DNA of 64,000 nucleotides from IMG/VR virus record IMGVR_UViG_3300050122_000263, positions 1 to 64,000 of that record; one strand, 5' to 3'. Shown piece by piece: positions 18,010 to 30,518 of this stretch (position 1 is its first letter; each line of letters starts with the position of its first letter). The notes under the pieces were generated by a model. It saw only the letters and a program-made list of their open reading frames with translations, ran no database searches and was not told where the DNA came from. The position numbers and the translations under genes were made by a program.

Positions 18010-21000
18010 ATGGAGACTCAGCAAGCATTTCTTAGTGAGATTGGGAATACTAGCCCGAGTGGACCATTTACCCATTTAACTTATCATAGCCCCCGTGGCA
18101 GATGGCTCGTCCCTAATACTAATATGCGAGCATTTTGGAGCGGTTACTGTCAAATGATCGCAGAACATCCGGAACAAACTTTCTGTATTGCAGAGCGTCC
18201 AATCGAGGAACCACCTGTCATCGTTGATTTTACCTTTAGATTTCACAAACAGGGAGAAGCTTGGGAGCCATATGACGATCTCTTCCTGTACAGCATTGTA
18301 CACTGCTACCAGACAGCTATTGCTGAGAACTTCCAAATCAGTGAGGAAGATAACTTCGAGCTACTTTGTTGTGTGCTGGAATCAGGGCGGCTCTGGGAAG
18401 AGCGGTTACCAGCCTCAACGGGTAATCAGGATACTTGTTCTGTCACGCGAATTCGTATCCAGTTCCCCTACTGCCATATGTCGGTTGCTCTGCAGAAGAA
18501 GCTGCGCATCAAGGCCGTCCAGATGTTCAGGACCAGCAATATTATCTCTAAATTGGACTTCCAGCCCATCGGTGATTGGGAGAAAATCATCGATACTCAC
18601 ACTATGGATGAACCAATTTCGCTCTACGGTTCTGATGCTGTAATGGGGCGTCCCAGACTATCGCTAACTCATATCTGGACTTACATCCCTATTGAGGCAA
18701 CAACGGGTGAGATTGATGTAGTTGCATTAACGCCAGATGTGGCATTTGTGCCAATGAATCATGGGCATGTTGCTCAGGGTTTGATTGGTGTTGATATGTT
18801 TGAGGGAGGTATTCCAGAACACTGGGTTGCTATGTTACTCTCCGTCCACTATTGGCCCAAGGTGCTGGCCGTCAGACAGGGTAACATGATTGAGAATCAA
18901 CAACGGACACCCAGCACACCCTCTGAGTCCCGTATGTTCGGTCTAGCCACGCAAACGCAAGAAGAGACAACTATTGAGTCAGCCGAGAAGTTCCTTGAGA
19001 TGGTGAAGCCTCATCGCTTCCTGGATGAAGCATCCTGGATGGATATAGGAAGGGCGCTCTACCATACACATGTGGGAGATGAGACTGGTCTGCTATCTTG
19101 GATGCGAGCCACTCAACTATTTCTGAATGAGTATGAAGGGCAACTACCCAGGCATTTAACCAATCTAGAAGAACGCTGCCGTCTCGCTTATGAGCTGTTT
19201 TCTAGCACTTTCATTACGATCAAGACATTGGCCTGGTTCGCCAAGGAGGACAATCTCCTCGCTTACAATGAATGGCATAGGAATTGGTCTCAGTTCGTCA
19301 TGCAGCAGGCAATTGAATGTACTCATGCCAAGGTGGCTAAAGCCTTCTACCGCGTCTATTGGTTGGATTTTGCCTGTGCCACTATCAGCAAGAATGCCTG
19401 GTTCCAGTTCCGCAACAATCGGTGGATGCCGGTCGACTGTGGCTACACAGTACGCACCATGATGAGTGATGACTTCGTCAAACGCTTTGAAGGAATCCGC
19501 TACGAATTAACCAGGCAGAAACTGGATGCCCGGGATGAAGGTTTGAGAACCATACTTGAAGCCACTATGAAGAAACTGGGCCAGCTCATCAATAAGCTGG
19601 ATAATAGAGGTTTCAAGAACAGTGTTGCCTCTGAAGCAATGGATCTCTTCAAGCATGAGCGATTCTCAGAGCTTCTCGATATGAACCCAGAGACAATGGG
19701 TGTGCTCAACGGTGTACTCGAAGCAGTTGGTAACAAAGTTGTCTTCAGAAAGGGCAAGCCGGAGGATTATATCTCGAAATGCACAAATATCCCATATCGT
19801 GAGCTAAGTTGGGATCATCATCTAGTGAAAGAGTGTAGGGAGTGGTTCGAGAAGGTCTTCCCAGATGAGCAGCTGCGTGATTACTTCTACAAGTTCTCAG
19901 CTTCCATCATCAAGGGCCGCAATTCAGACAAGCTCTTTCCAGTTTGGACAGGTGAGGGTAACAATTCCAAATCTATGGTTGTTAAGTTGTATGAGGCAGT
20001 GTTTGGTCCCTACTGCATTAAATTCCCGATCTCCCTGGTAGCTGGGCGAGTCATGAAATCGACATCCAACGCAACACCGGAGTTAGCACGAGCCCGCACA
20101 GCTAAGGTAGCTTTTCTGCAGGAACCGGACGATGATGAAGGTATCCGTAAGGGCGACATCAAAGCGTACACGGGTGGTGATTCATTCTTCGCCCGTATGC
20201 TCCATGATAACGGTGGTGATGTGGTGGCACTCTTCAAACTGATTCTGATGTGCAATCGTATCCCTATGGTCAACAACCCGGACAAAGCATACAAGGAGCG
20301 CTTCCGTGCTATCCTCTTCCCCTCACGCTGGAGTGATGAGGCGCCCAGCGACCCAGCCGAGCAGAAGCGTCTACATCACTTCAAGAAAGATCCACACTTC
20401 GAGAAGCGCATCCCCTCACTCGCCTCCTCTTTCCTCTGGATAATTGTCAATTATTACACCAAATATATCGATGAGGGCCTGGCTGACCCTGCCATCATCA
20501 AGGAATATACCAATGAGTACTGGCGTGAGAACGACGTGTACAGCCAGTTTACGGCCGAGTGTGTGGAGGAAGCTCGTGACATCAGCGGAGGTCGCGATAT
20601 GACCGCTAAGCTCAACATTAGCGAGCTCTACCACGAGTTCAAAGATTGGTTCAAGGATGCCTTCCATGGCACTAAGATCCCAGAGCGCGCCATCCTCAAA
20701 CTTGAGCTCACCAACCGCTGGGGTCGACCCCATGGTATCACTTGGTTTGGTGTAAGAATACGTGGTAAAGATCAGAGCTATAATAATATGTTATCTAGCA
20801 AGCAGAAACCCACTCATCAGTTTGAGCTGGTGCCTGGTCAGAGTGGGGCTCCCCAGCGTGTTATTGCACCACCCACACCTGGTCGCTTGACTCTGGTTAA
20901 TGTTGCCGATGGCAATCCAGTTGGCTTCAATGTGGTTGAAGAAGCGGCAGCCTCTTTGGGCTATGGTGCCAATCTGAACAACAAAGGTAAGATGGAAATG

Positions 21001-21117
21001 CCCACGATGCCTATAGTACCCTCGATATACGGCGGTAGTCCGCGACGGGTGGGAACCATCCCATTCAGTCCACCGCCTGGAGCTATGATGATTCCTATCT
21101 CACATCTCAATGTTTAG
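18010..21117 (+). CDS. D5R: D5-like primase-helicase (AEP-like N-terminus, PriCT-2, D5_N, SF3 helicase)
   Basis: WMDIGRAL (PriCT-2), KGKPEDYISKCT (D5_N), Walker A TGEGNNSKS, Walker B FLQEPDD, YTGGDSFFARML, LMCNRIP; ATG at 18010 in AAGATG context. Confidence 0.95.
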   Translation: METQQAFLSEIGNTSPSGPFTHLTYHSPRGRWLVPNTNMRAFWSGYCQMIAEHPEQTFCIAERPIEEPPVIVDFTFRFHKQGEAWEPYDDLFLYSIVHCYQTAIAENFQISEEDNFELLCCVLESGRLWEERLPASTGNQDTCSVTRIRIQFPYCHMSVALQKKLRIKAVQMFRTSNIISKLDFQPIGDWEKIIDTHTMDEPISLYGSDAVMGRPRLSLTHIWTYIPIEATTGEIDVVALTPDVAFVPMNHGHVAQGLIGVDMFEGGIPEHWVAMLLSVHYWPKVLAVRQGNMIENQQRTPSTPSESRMFGLATQTQEETTIESAEKFLEMVKPHRFLDEASWMDIGRALYHTHVGDETGLLSWMRATQLFLNEYEGQLPRHLTNLEERCRLAYELFSSTFITIKTLAWFAKEDNLLAYNEWHRNWSQFVMQQAIECTHAKVAKAFYRVYWLDFACATISKNAWFQFRNNRWMPVDCGYTVRTMMSDDFVKRFEGIRYELTRQKLDARDEGLRTILEATMKKLGQLINKLDNRGFKNSVASEAMDLFKHERFSELLDMNPETMGVLNGVLEAVGNKVVFRKGKPEDYISKCTNIPYRELSWDHHLVKECREWFEKVFPDEQLRDYFYKFSASIIKGRNSDKLFPVWTGEGNNSKSMVVKLYEAVFGPYCIKFPISLVAGRVMKSTSNATPELARARTAKVAFLQEPDDDEGIRKGDIKAYTGGDSFFARMLHDNGGDVVALFKLILMCNRIPMVNNPDKAYKERFRAILFPSRWSDEAPSDPAEQKRLHHFKKDPHFEKRIPSLASSFLWIIVNYYTKYIDEGLADPAIIKEYTNEYWRENDVYSQFTAECVEEARDISGGRDMTAKLNISELYHEFKDWFKDAFHGTKIPERAILKLELTNRWGRPHGITWFGVRIRGKDQSYNNMLSSKQKPTHQFELVPGQSGAPQRVIAPPTPGRLTLVNVADGNPVGFNVVEEAAASLGYGANLNNKGKMEMPTMPIVPSIYGGSPRRVGTIPFSPPPGAMMIPISHLNV

Positions 21118-21155
21118 CTGCCGTCTCAACTTGCCCATTATATCAGGGCAACTTA

Positions 21156-21179
21156 AAAAACTTCTGATGAGAAGTTTTT
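21156..21179 (+). terminator. 3' hairpin of D5 gene
   Basis: AAAAACTTCT-GATG-AGAAGTTTTT. Confidence 0.7.
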
Positions 21180-21256
21180 GACACATGTTATGCTTTAGAA
21201 CTGGTAATTCCGAAAGTGACATTGTTTAGCGGTCTAAGCTTTGATCAAAGCTTGCT

Positions 21257-22165
21257 ATGAGTCAAACCCAGCCAGAACGTGTCAAAACGATTCCCTATAA
21301 CCTTGCTCACAGACAAGAGCTTGGGCTCGTCCACATCACAGATGGAAAGTTCTACAGACAGAGTCCACGTGACAAAGTGTTGTATGCGCCAAACGGTCAA
21401 TTAACGACCAGTTTCCTAAAGATAGGACCTATTCGCATCGGTCTCATTGATCCAGAAACTGGACAGACAACTCACGTGCACGACATTCCGGGTGATGATT
21501 TTGTCATCCTCAACAACTGCATATATTATATTGCAGGAGATGTATTGGCCTGCTACACTTTGAGCGCAAATGTGGTGCTTTCCCTTCCTCTGCCTAGAGG
21601 TGAGAAATACTCGCTACAAGCGAGCTCCAAATTAGGACTTATAATTTCCAACCCGAAGTGCTATTTGACTTACATCTGTGGAGGTGCTCTGGTTGAACAT
21701 AGGTCAAGAAACGTCCTCTCCATTGATGAAACTCATTCACTTCACCTGCTCGAGTTTGGGCAAGAGAATATCTTTACCCTGCGCGTGAAGAAAGAAGGAG
21801 AGCGCGATGAAGCAATCAACCTGGATCTGGAGCTCATTCCAGAGATGATGTGGGTGATTGGTCCCACACTACTCACCCTTGAGAACGTTGGCCTGGAACA
21901 CCGCAGTCTCTGGAAACGCAGCTTGCGAGAGAAAGCAGAAAAGAAGCGTCTCTTGCTCCAGAAACAGGAGCAGATCAAAGTTGAAGGCAGCTATATCTAC
22001 GTCTTCAATCAGACGGATTTCTACGTTATCTGTTACGATCTCGATTTCAAGTCCATCTTTACCATAACGACTCATGAAGCTGTCACAAATCTCTTCCTTG
22101 ATGGTGGCCAGCTCTTTGTTGTGACAACAGGAGGCATCGAGGTTTGGCAACTACCCACACTGTAA
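21257..22165 (+). CDS. Hypothetical beta-rich protein (possible beta-propeller)
   Basis: 302 aa with recurring short hydrophobic strands (YIYVF, VICYD, LFVVT); fold is a guess. Confidence 0.65.
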   Translation: MSQTQPERVKTIPYNLAHRQELGLVHITDGKFYRQSPRDKVLYAPNGQLTTSFLKIGPIRIGLIDPETGQTTHVHDIPGDDFVILNNCIYYIAGDVLACYTLSANVVLSLPLPRGEKYSLQASSKLGLIISNPKCYLTYICGGALVEHRSRNVLSIDETHSLHLLEFGQENIFTLRVKKEGERDEAINLDLELIPEMMWVIGPTLLTLENVGLEHRSLWKRSLREKAEKKRLLLQKQEQIKVEGSYIYVFNQTDFYVICYDLDFKSIFTITTHEAVTNLFLDGGQLFVVTTGGIEVWQLPTL

Positions 22166-22192
22166 GTGAGAAGCTGGTCGGATCACTGTTAA

Positions 22193-22212
22193 AAACAGTT
22201 TATAAACTGTTT
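22193..22212 (+). terminator. Perfect 20-bp palindrome 3' of gene
   Basis: AAACAGTTTA|TAAACTGTTT. Confidence 0.65.
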
Positions 22213-22251
22213 TCCTTTTCTGAGTGATAACTTATTCCGTAAAGCGCTGAA

Positions 22252-22578
22252 ATGGGTAAGCCTGTACCAGTCACTGTTAGAGTAGAGACCAAATTCATCT
22301 TACAGGGTATAATAGACCGAACAGATACCGAGATATATGGTGCCTCTCTACAGGGAGATGATACCTCCTCAACTAATACAAAGTTAGCCCATTTGAAGGG
22401 CGCTTGGTGGGAGAATGACTCCGAAACAATCATGCACGTCTATGATATCTATGGTACGCCTGGGGAGGTGGAATGTGTGACAGAAGGAGAAGGTCCCTCT
22501 GAAGTGCTCTTATGTCGGGCAAAGAGCACTGGTGAAGTACTTGTTAAGTTACCACTTTACTACAATCGAGAAGTTTAG
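22252..22578 (+). CDS. Hypothetical protein
   Basis: 108-aa ATG ORF in AAATG context, followed by a hairpin. Confidence 0.6.
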   Translation: MGKPVPVTVRVETKFILQGIIDRTDTEIYGASLQGDDTSSTNTKLAHLKGAWWENDSETIMHVYDIYGTPGEVECVTEGEGPSEVLLCRAKSTGEVLVKLPLYYNREV

Positions 22579-22602
22579 AGTGGAGCTGAGTGGAATTGGT
22601 TA

Positions 22603-22626
22603 AAAAACTCCTAATCAGGAGTTTTT
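22603..22626. terminator. 3' hairpin between convergent genes
   Basis: AAAAACTCCT-AATC-AGGAGTTTTT. Confidence 0.7.
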
Positions 22627-22679
22627 GCGTGGAAGGTTTTTAATCGATCTCAGATGGCTGGAAGCTGTGCAACAATTCC

Positions 22680-23360
22680 CTAGCCACCCAGAGGAGGGTT
22701 GAAGAACAACTCGGCTTCTGCAGCTATCTCTACACGTTTGTCTGGGTCAGAGACCAAGATGCGTAGTGCATGCAGATATGAATCATAATCGCTGGAGATG
22801 ATAGACAAATCTTCATGTTGAAATTGTCTGTGATGACTAATACCAAGGACACGGCGTGGAACAGCTCCCTTAGCCATTCCCGAGACATCCACTACTACAC
22901 GTTTTTCTTTGGCCTTCTCAACCAGCTCTGCTAGATCAACCGTCTCCTCCTTCTTTGGCTTGTTATAGCCTATCCTACCAGCCAATTTCACATCTTGTGA
23001 GGAACAGTCCTCACTAGTCTTAGGTAGCTGCTCTACCTTACGGAACAGAGTGACAAACGTGTCTGGAGATTTCTGATCCAAGAGGGTTCTGACCTGTACC
23101 AAATCAATGTCAGTGTAATCATCAAGGAAGATGATCACCTGGCCAATTAAGGGCAACTCAAATCTAGTCTCTGGATCACTGTCAGGATGAGGGTAGTGCC
23201 AAACTCCGTTGAAGCGATCGATTTGCATGCAGTAGAACTTACCTCTGCAAGTGCCCGCAAAGAAGATGGCAGGGTGAAGAATCTCTCCAATTTCTGTTTC
23301 CAACATAACGCCATCAAGCAGCAATGGTAGTGCCTTGGCAATTACCTGTTTTCCTGTCAT
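22680..23360 (-). CDS. Hypothetical protein
   Basis: 226-aa ATG ORF. Confidence 0.65.
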   Translation of the reverse strand: MTGKQVIAKALPLLLDGVMLETEIGEILHPAIFFAGTCRGKFYCMQIDRFNGVWHYPHPDSDPETRFELPLIGQVIIFLDDYTDIDLVQVRTLLDQKSPDTFVTLFRKVEQLPKTSEDCSSQDVKLAGRIGYNKPKKEETVDLAELVEKAKEKRVVVDVSGMAKGAVPRRVLGISHHRQFQHEDLSIISSDYDSYLHALRILVSDPDKRVEIAAEAELFFNPPLGG

Positions 23361-23537
23361 GTTCTTTGACTGTTTGACTATTCATCCGCATAGAATCATT
23401 TTGAATTTAGCTTGATTATTGCCAGATGGTTTGTTACTGATAGCTTGGCAGATATTGACTGTTGCTAATGAGATCTATTAGCAAGAATTGAGAGAAAATT
23501 AGCACAACACTAAGCTAAAAGCTCCCAGCGCGCCATA

Positions 23538-24293
23538 ATGGAAGGGCTAGAACTGTGGGGACAATTACCAGAGCAGATTATTTCCCAGATTCTGTTTCAG
23601 CTTAGCCCTGCTAATCTGGCTCGCTTTAGAATACTCTGTAAAGCATGTTATCAACTGAGTTCAGCAATATGGAGGGAGTGGTGTCAGTTACCTGTTCGTA
23701 TCTTTCACACGCCACACGATCTCTATTGGATAGTAGATCGTCCAGAGGAGCGCATGAATATCGTCTTTGGCTGGCTCGAGGGAGAATTACCTATGTTTAC
23801 ATGTGATATGATGGTACGAGAGGAAGAAGAGATAGAACATTTTAAATTACGCCATGATCCAGGCAGATTCTTTGTTAAAGATGCGGCTGGCAGCAGCATA
23901 TTTCCCGAACAGCAGTTACATGTGTCGATTGGAACTTTGTCCATGTTGTATTATGCAAAGGGACGCCAGGCTTTGCATCCAGTCAATATGTTACAACGTT
24001 CTGGTAACAAGATGCTGTTAAATCCTGAATGTGAGGGTGAAGACAAGTTACAAATCGGCACAATTAATTTCCAAGTTTATAGGATCGATGATGGCGACTA
24101 CGGAGAAGTGGTAATTTTTGAGCCATTAATTGTAGTCAGGGATTATGGCTCCGAACGGTGGACAAGTCCACCCCGGATATACGGCTCATTCTCCCCTCAT
24201 GGAGAGGTACCACCGACTTTCCCAGAACTAACCTTTATCAGCAGGGAGGTGCTAGCTAGTGGCTGGATAATTGAGAAATACACTCACCACTAA
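23538..24293 (+). CDS. F-box protein
   Basis: LPEQIISQILFQLSPANLARFRILCKACYQL...W at the N-terminus. Confidence 0.75.
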   Translation: MEGLELWGQLPEQIISQILFQLSPANLARFRILCKACYQLSSAIWREWCQLPVRIFHTPHDLYWIVDRPEERMNIVFGWLEGELPMFTCDMMVREEEEIEHFKLRHDPGRFFVKDAAGSSIFPEQQLHVSIGTLSMLYYAKGRQALHPVNMLQRSGNKMLLNPECEGEDKLQIGTINFQVYRIDDGDYGEVVIFEPLIVVRDYGSERWTSPPRIYGSFSPHGEVPPTFPELTFISREVLASGWIIEKYTHH

Positions 24294-24299
24294 TTCTTA

Positions 24300-24323
24300 A
24301 AAAACTTCTAACCAGAAGTTTTT
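24300..24323. terminator. 3' hairpin between convergent genes
   Basis: AAAAACTTCT-AACC-AGAAGTTTTT; same stem as 21156. Confidence 0.7.
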
Positions 24324-24543
24324 AATCGATGGGGAAGTTTCCATACAACGCCTCGGCCATGGCTTGCCTTCTCTCTGATGCCAGTTCTGCTGCAAATTGT
24401 TTGAGAATCAGAACCTCAGCTGTGGTCAACCCACAGGGACAAGCTGGTCCGGGAGGTCCCATCATTCCTTGAGGACCATGGGGGCCGCGAGGACCAGATG
24501 CCCCTGTCGGTCCCGGAGGACCTTGATCGCGATCAAGATTCAT
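24322..24543 (-). CDS. Mini collagen-like protein
   Basis: DQ-(GXY)9-ACPC then LTTAEVLILKQFAAELASERR; ATG in AAGATG context. Confidence 0.65.
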   Translation of the reverse strand: MNLDRDQGPPGPTGASGPRGPHGPQGMMGPPGPACPCGLTTAEVLILKQFAAELASERRQAMAEALYGNFPID

Positions 24544-24610
24544 CTTTCTGAACTGAACAGTGCTGAAAACAGCTTATCAGTTCAGAACTCTGTGATAATA
24601 AAATATGCAA

Positions 24611-24634
24611 GATACCTCATTATAATGAGGTATC
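24611..24634 (-). terminator. Perfect 24-bp palindrome 3' of collagen-like gene
   Basis: GATACCTCATTA|TAATGAGGTATC. Confidence 0.65.
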
Positions 24635-24674
24635 TATTAACAGTGAATATGCTTTTTATTTGCTAGGCTGAACG

Positions 24675-27965
<3,291 letters not shown>

Positions 27966-28097
27966 TTATTGAACTGTTGTGAAAAGTTAACCCGTCCGGG
28001 CCATGGATATTATGGATGTGAAGATAAAATAGTTATTGGTCAACAACTATTCCAATAATTGGAATATCTCATCCTCAGAAAAGTTAAGGAAAAAGCG

Positions 28098-29861
28098 ATG
28101 CAAGCTGTAGCAACTCCCACACAGCTCAGTGAACAACAGCGCAAAGACATCAGGTTCTGGTCAAGGCAGTTTCTTGAACATTGCTTATTCATCGGTGCAG
28201 GCCTATCTAGTGTTACAGTTATTCAATCCAACTGTCCCAATGCTCTAAGTAGCGCTCTTCCAGAGAATCAGCCTCAGATCAGCGCTCAACAGCGGAAACA
28301 GCTAACAGATTCTGCTCCACGTATTGACCAGTTGCATGAGGCTGCTAATGAGTTAGTGTGTGGTTGGACTTTGTTGCAACAGGATCTGACTCAGGATCGC
28401 TATGATGTCGACTTCTTGACTAAGCTGATCAGTTCCACGACCCGCCTGAAGAAGGAGATCCTCTTATTACAGAAACAAGGCGTGTGGGTTGGCTATCTTT
28501 TCCCCTCATTCATAGAGCACCTACAGGAGGAGATGGATTATTTCGGAGATAAGTTCAGCGGTAAGATAACTAGGGAGAAGGAGATCAGCTTTTGGGTTGA
28601 TATCTTAGCCGATCATGTGACATTCACTGGGAAACTAATAGACAATGATGCACTAAAGCAACTGGATCTCTCGCTCCAGGCGCTACAGCTAGCCCAGGAA
28701 GGCTATAAGTTGAATCAGACCGAAGTTGAGCATTACCAGATGGTGCTCCTATCTAGCCAGTTCAACAAAGCTCCAGATAAACTGAGTGGCGCACTAGCCT
28801 ACCTGGAGAAGACTGATAACTTTCTGAAACGAGTTAAACAGGATAAGCCAACCAATATCCTGCACCCAATGCTGGAGCAACATGTGGAGCGAGAAAATCG
28901 CTACGGTATTGAACGGTTGAAACAACTGCGTGCTGAAACAGCTCAAATAGCTCAGCCGATACAAACACCCATAAAGATGGCTCAACCCTGGACCTTTGAT
29001 CCAAACTTTCGCCCGACTGTTATAAGTGCTATTCCCATTATACCAGTTAAAACAATGCAACCCGTGGTGGCTAAGCCAAGTAAGCAAATAACCATGTTGA
29101 CCTATAATATCTGGCGTCACAACAATGCTAGCAACCTCTATGCTATCCTAGCCTTACTGAAGGAGAAGAAGGCTGATGTTATTGGGTTGCAAGAAGTGAC
29201 TGAATGGTTCTTTAAGCTGCTTACTTCTGACCCCTACATCAAGGAAAATTACTTCTACACTACACCTGAGACCTTCCCTCTGATAGGCGATGGTGAGATG
29301 TTACTCATCAGAAAAGGTCTCACCGTTGAGAAGGTGGGTAGAATCAAGATTTCACCAGAAACATCACAGCAGCAGCGTTATCTGATTTATGCCCTTCTGG
29401 ACCTTGGCCCCTTCAAGTTGGCTGTAGGTACTGTGCATTTGGAAAGTATCTTTTTCACACAACAATCCACACAGGTCAAGGGACATGAATTGCTACTAGC
29501 CGCTATCACCCTAAAGCAGCTGGTAGCCAATAAACTCGGTGCTGTTGTGTTAATGGGAGATACCAATTTAACTGGAGGTAACCAGTTGGCGCTAGAGAAT
29601 AAGTACATCCAGCAGAGTGACCTGGTTGATCTACTCAAGTTGATGTATCCAAAGATGATCGAAGATTCCACCAACAAAGAGTACCGTGACCGCTATGTGA
29701 CCTGGGATAAAGCACATAATCGCAATATTAAACATGAGGAATATCACCGACCAGACCGTATCTTTGTTGCCAACAACGGATTGCTCAAACCTGTCAAGAT
29801 CGATCGTATCATCAATGAATATTCAGACCATTTCGGTCTCATTGCTACGTTCTCTTACTAG
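28098..29861 (+). CDS. DUF2935-like helical domains fused to EEP (TDP2-like) nuclease/phosphodiesterase
   Basis: N-term FWSRQFLEHCLFI, EHLQEEMDYF, FWVDILADH, HPMLEQHVERENRY; C-term TYNIW, IGLQEV, TVHLES, LMGDTN, RPDRIF, SDHFGL. Confidence 0.82.
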   Translation: MQAVATPTQLSEQQRKDIRFWSRQFLEHCLFIGAGLSSVTVIQSNCPNALSSALPENQPQISAQQRKQLTDSAPRIDQLHEAANELVCGWTLLQQDLTQDRYDVDFLTKLISSTTRLKKEILLLQKQGVWVGYLFPSFIEHLQEEMDYFGDKFSGKITREKEISFWVDILADHVTFTGKLIDNDALKQLDLSLQALQLAQEGYKLNQTEVEHYQMVLLSSQFNKAPDKLSGALAYLEKTDNFLKRVKQDKPTNILHPMLEQHVERENRYGIERLKQLRAETAQIAQPIQTPIKMAQPWTFDPNFRPTVISAIPIIPVKTMQPVVAKPSKQITMLTYNIWRHNNASNLYAILALLKEKKADVIGLQEVTEWFFKLLTSDPYIKENYFYTTPETFPLIGDGEMLLIRKGLTVEKVGRIKISPETSQQQRYLIYALLDLGPFKLAVGTVHLESIFFTQQSTQVKGHELLLAAITLKQLVANKLGAVVLMGDTNLTGGNQLALENKYIQQSDLVDLLKLMYPKMIEDSTNKEYRDRYVTWDKAHNRNIKHEEYHRPDRIFVANNGLLKPVKIDRIINEYSDHFGLIATFSY

Positions 29862-29890
29862 AGTAATGAACAGGAAGTGATGAATATATC

Positions 29891-29906
29891 TTATCTCATG
29901 AGATAA
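29891..29906 (+). terminator. Perfect 16-bp palindrome 3' of gene
   Basis: TTATCTCA|TGAGATAA. Confidence 0.55.
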
Positions 29907-29934
29907 AATTAAAGCATTAGCTGAAAAAGCAAAG

Positions 29935-30402
29935 ATGTTGCTAATTATACATAATATTATCACCTTTGCTTGTATCATTGGATTTATCGTAGAATATGCC
30001 ACATTCAGTCAGGGTATATTGAATTTAGCTGGAAGACAGCCACAAAATCTCGATGCGGCAGGCGCCCCTACGATTGATTCCCGTCTATTTTACCCCTTAC
30101 TAAGGCTGCTGGCTAGAGGAGAGGATCACCTCTATAACATCACTGTGAGAGCCACTATTTATTTGATGCTGCTGTCTGTTAGCCATTTATCTATCATATT
30201 ACTTGACATCGTCTTCTTGTCCTCAGAAGAAGTGAAACGGGGACTAATCCTAAACATAATTCTGCTGTGCGTCGCCTTATATACCGATCGTCTCTTGCGA
30301 GTGTTTTTCTACGAAATTCACAAATATTACGATCAAATCATGAGGGATATTGGAGGTGTATTTCAAGGACATAGTCCATTTCCCTATGTCAGAAATAGGT
30401 AA
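29935..30402 (+). CDS. Small multi-pass membrane protein
   Basis: Three hydrophobic segments; ATG in AAAGATG context. Confidence 0.6.
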   Translation: MLLIIHNIITFACIIGFIVEYATFSQGILNLAGRQPQNLDAAGAPTIDSRLFYPLLRLLARGEDHLYNITVRATIYLMLLSVSHLSIILLDIVFLSSEEVKRGLILNIILLCVALYTDRLLRVFFYEIHKYYDQIMRDIGGVFQGHSPFPYVRNR

Positions 30403-30518
30403 TTTGAATGGAGATAGTTCTTGGGGAAAAAACTTCAGATCCCTCTGTTATTTACCTCAATTATTAAGAGTTACAATAACGTTTGATTTCCTCAATATCT
30501 ATTGTTTCTCGGTCAAAG

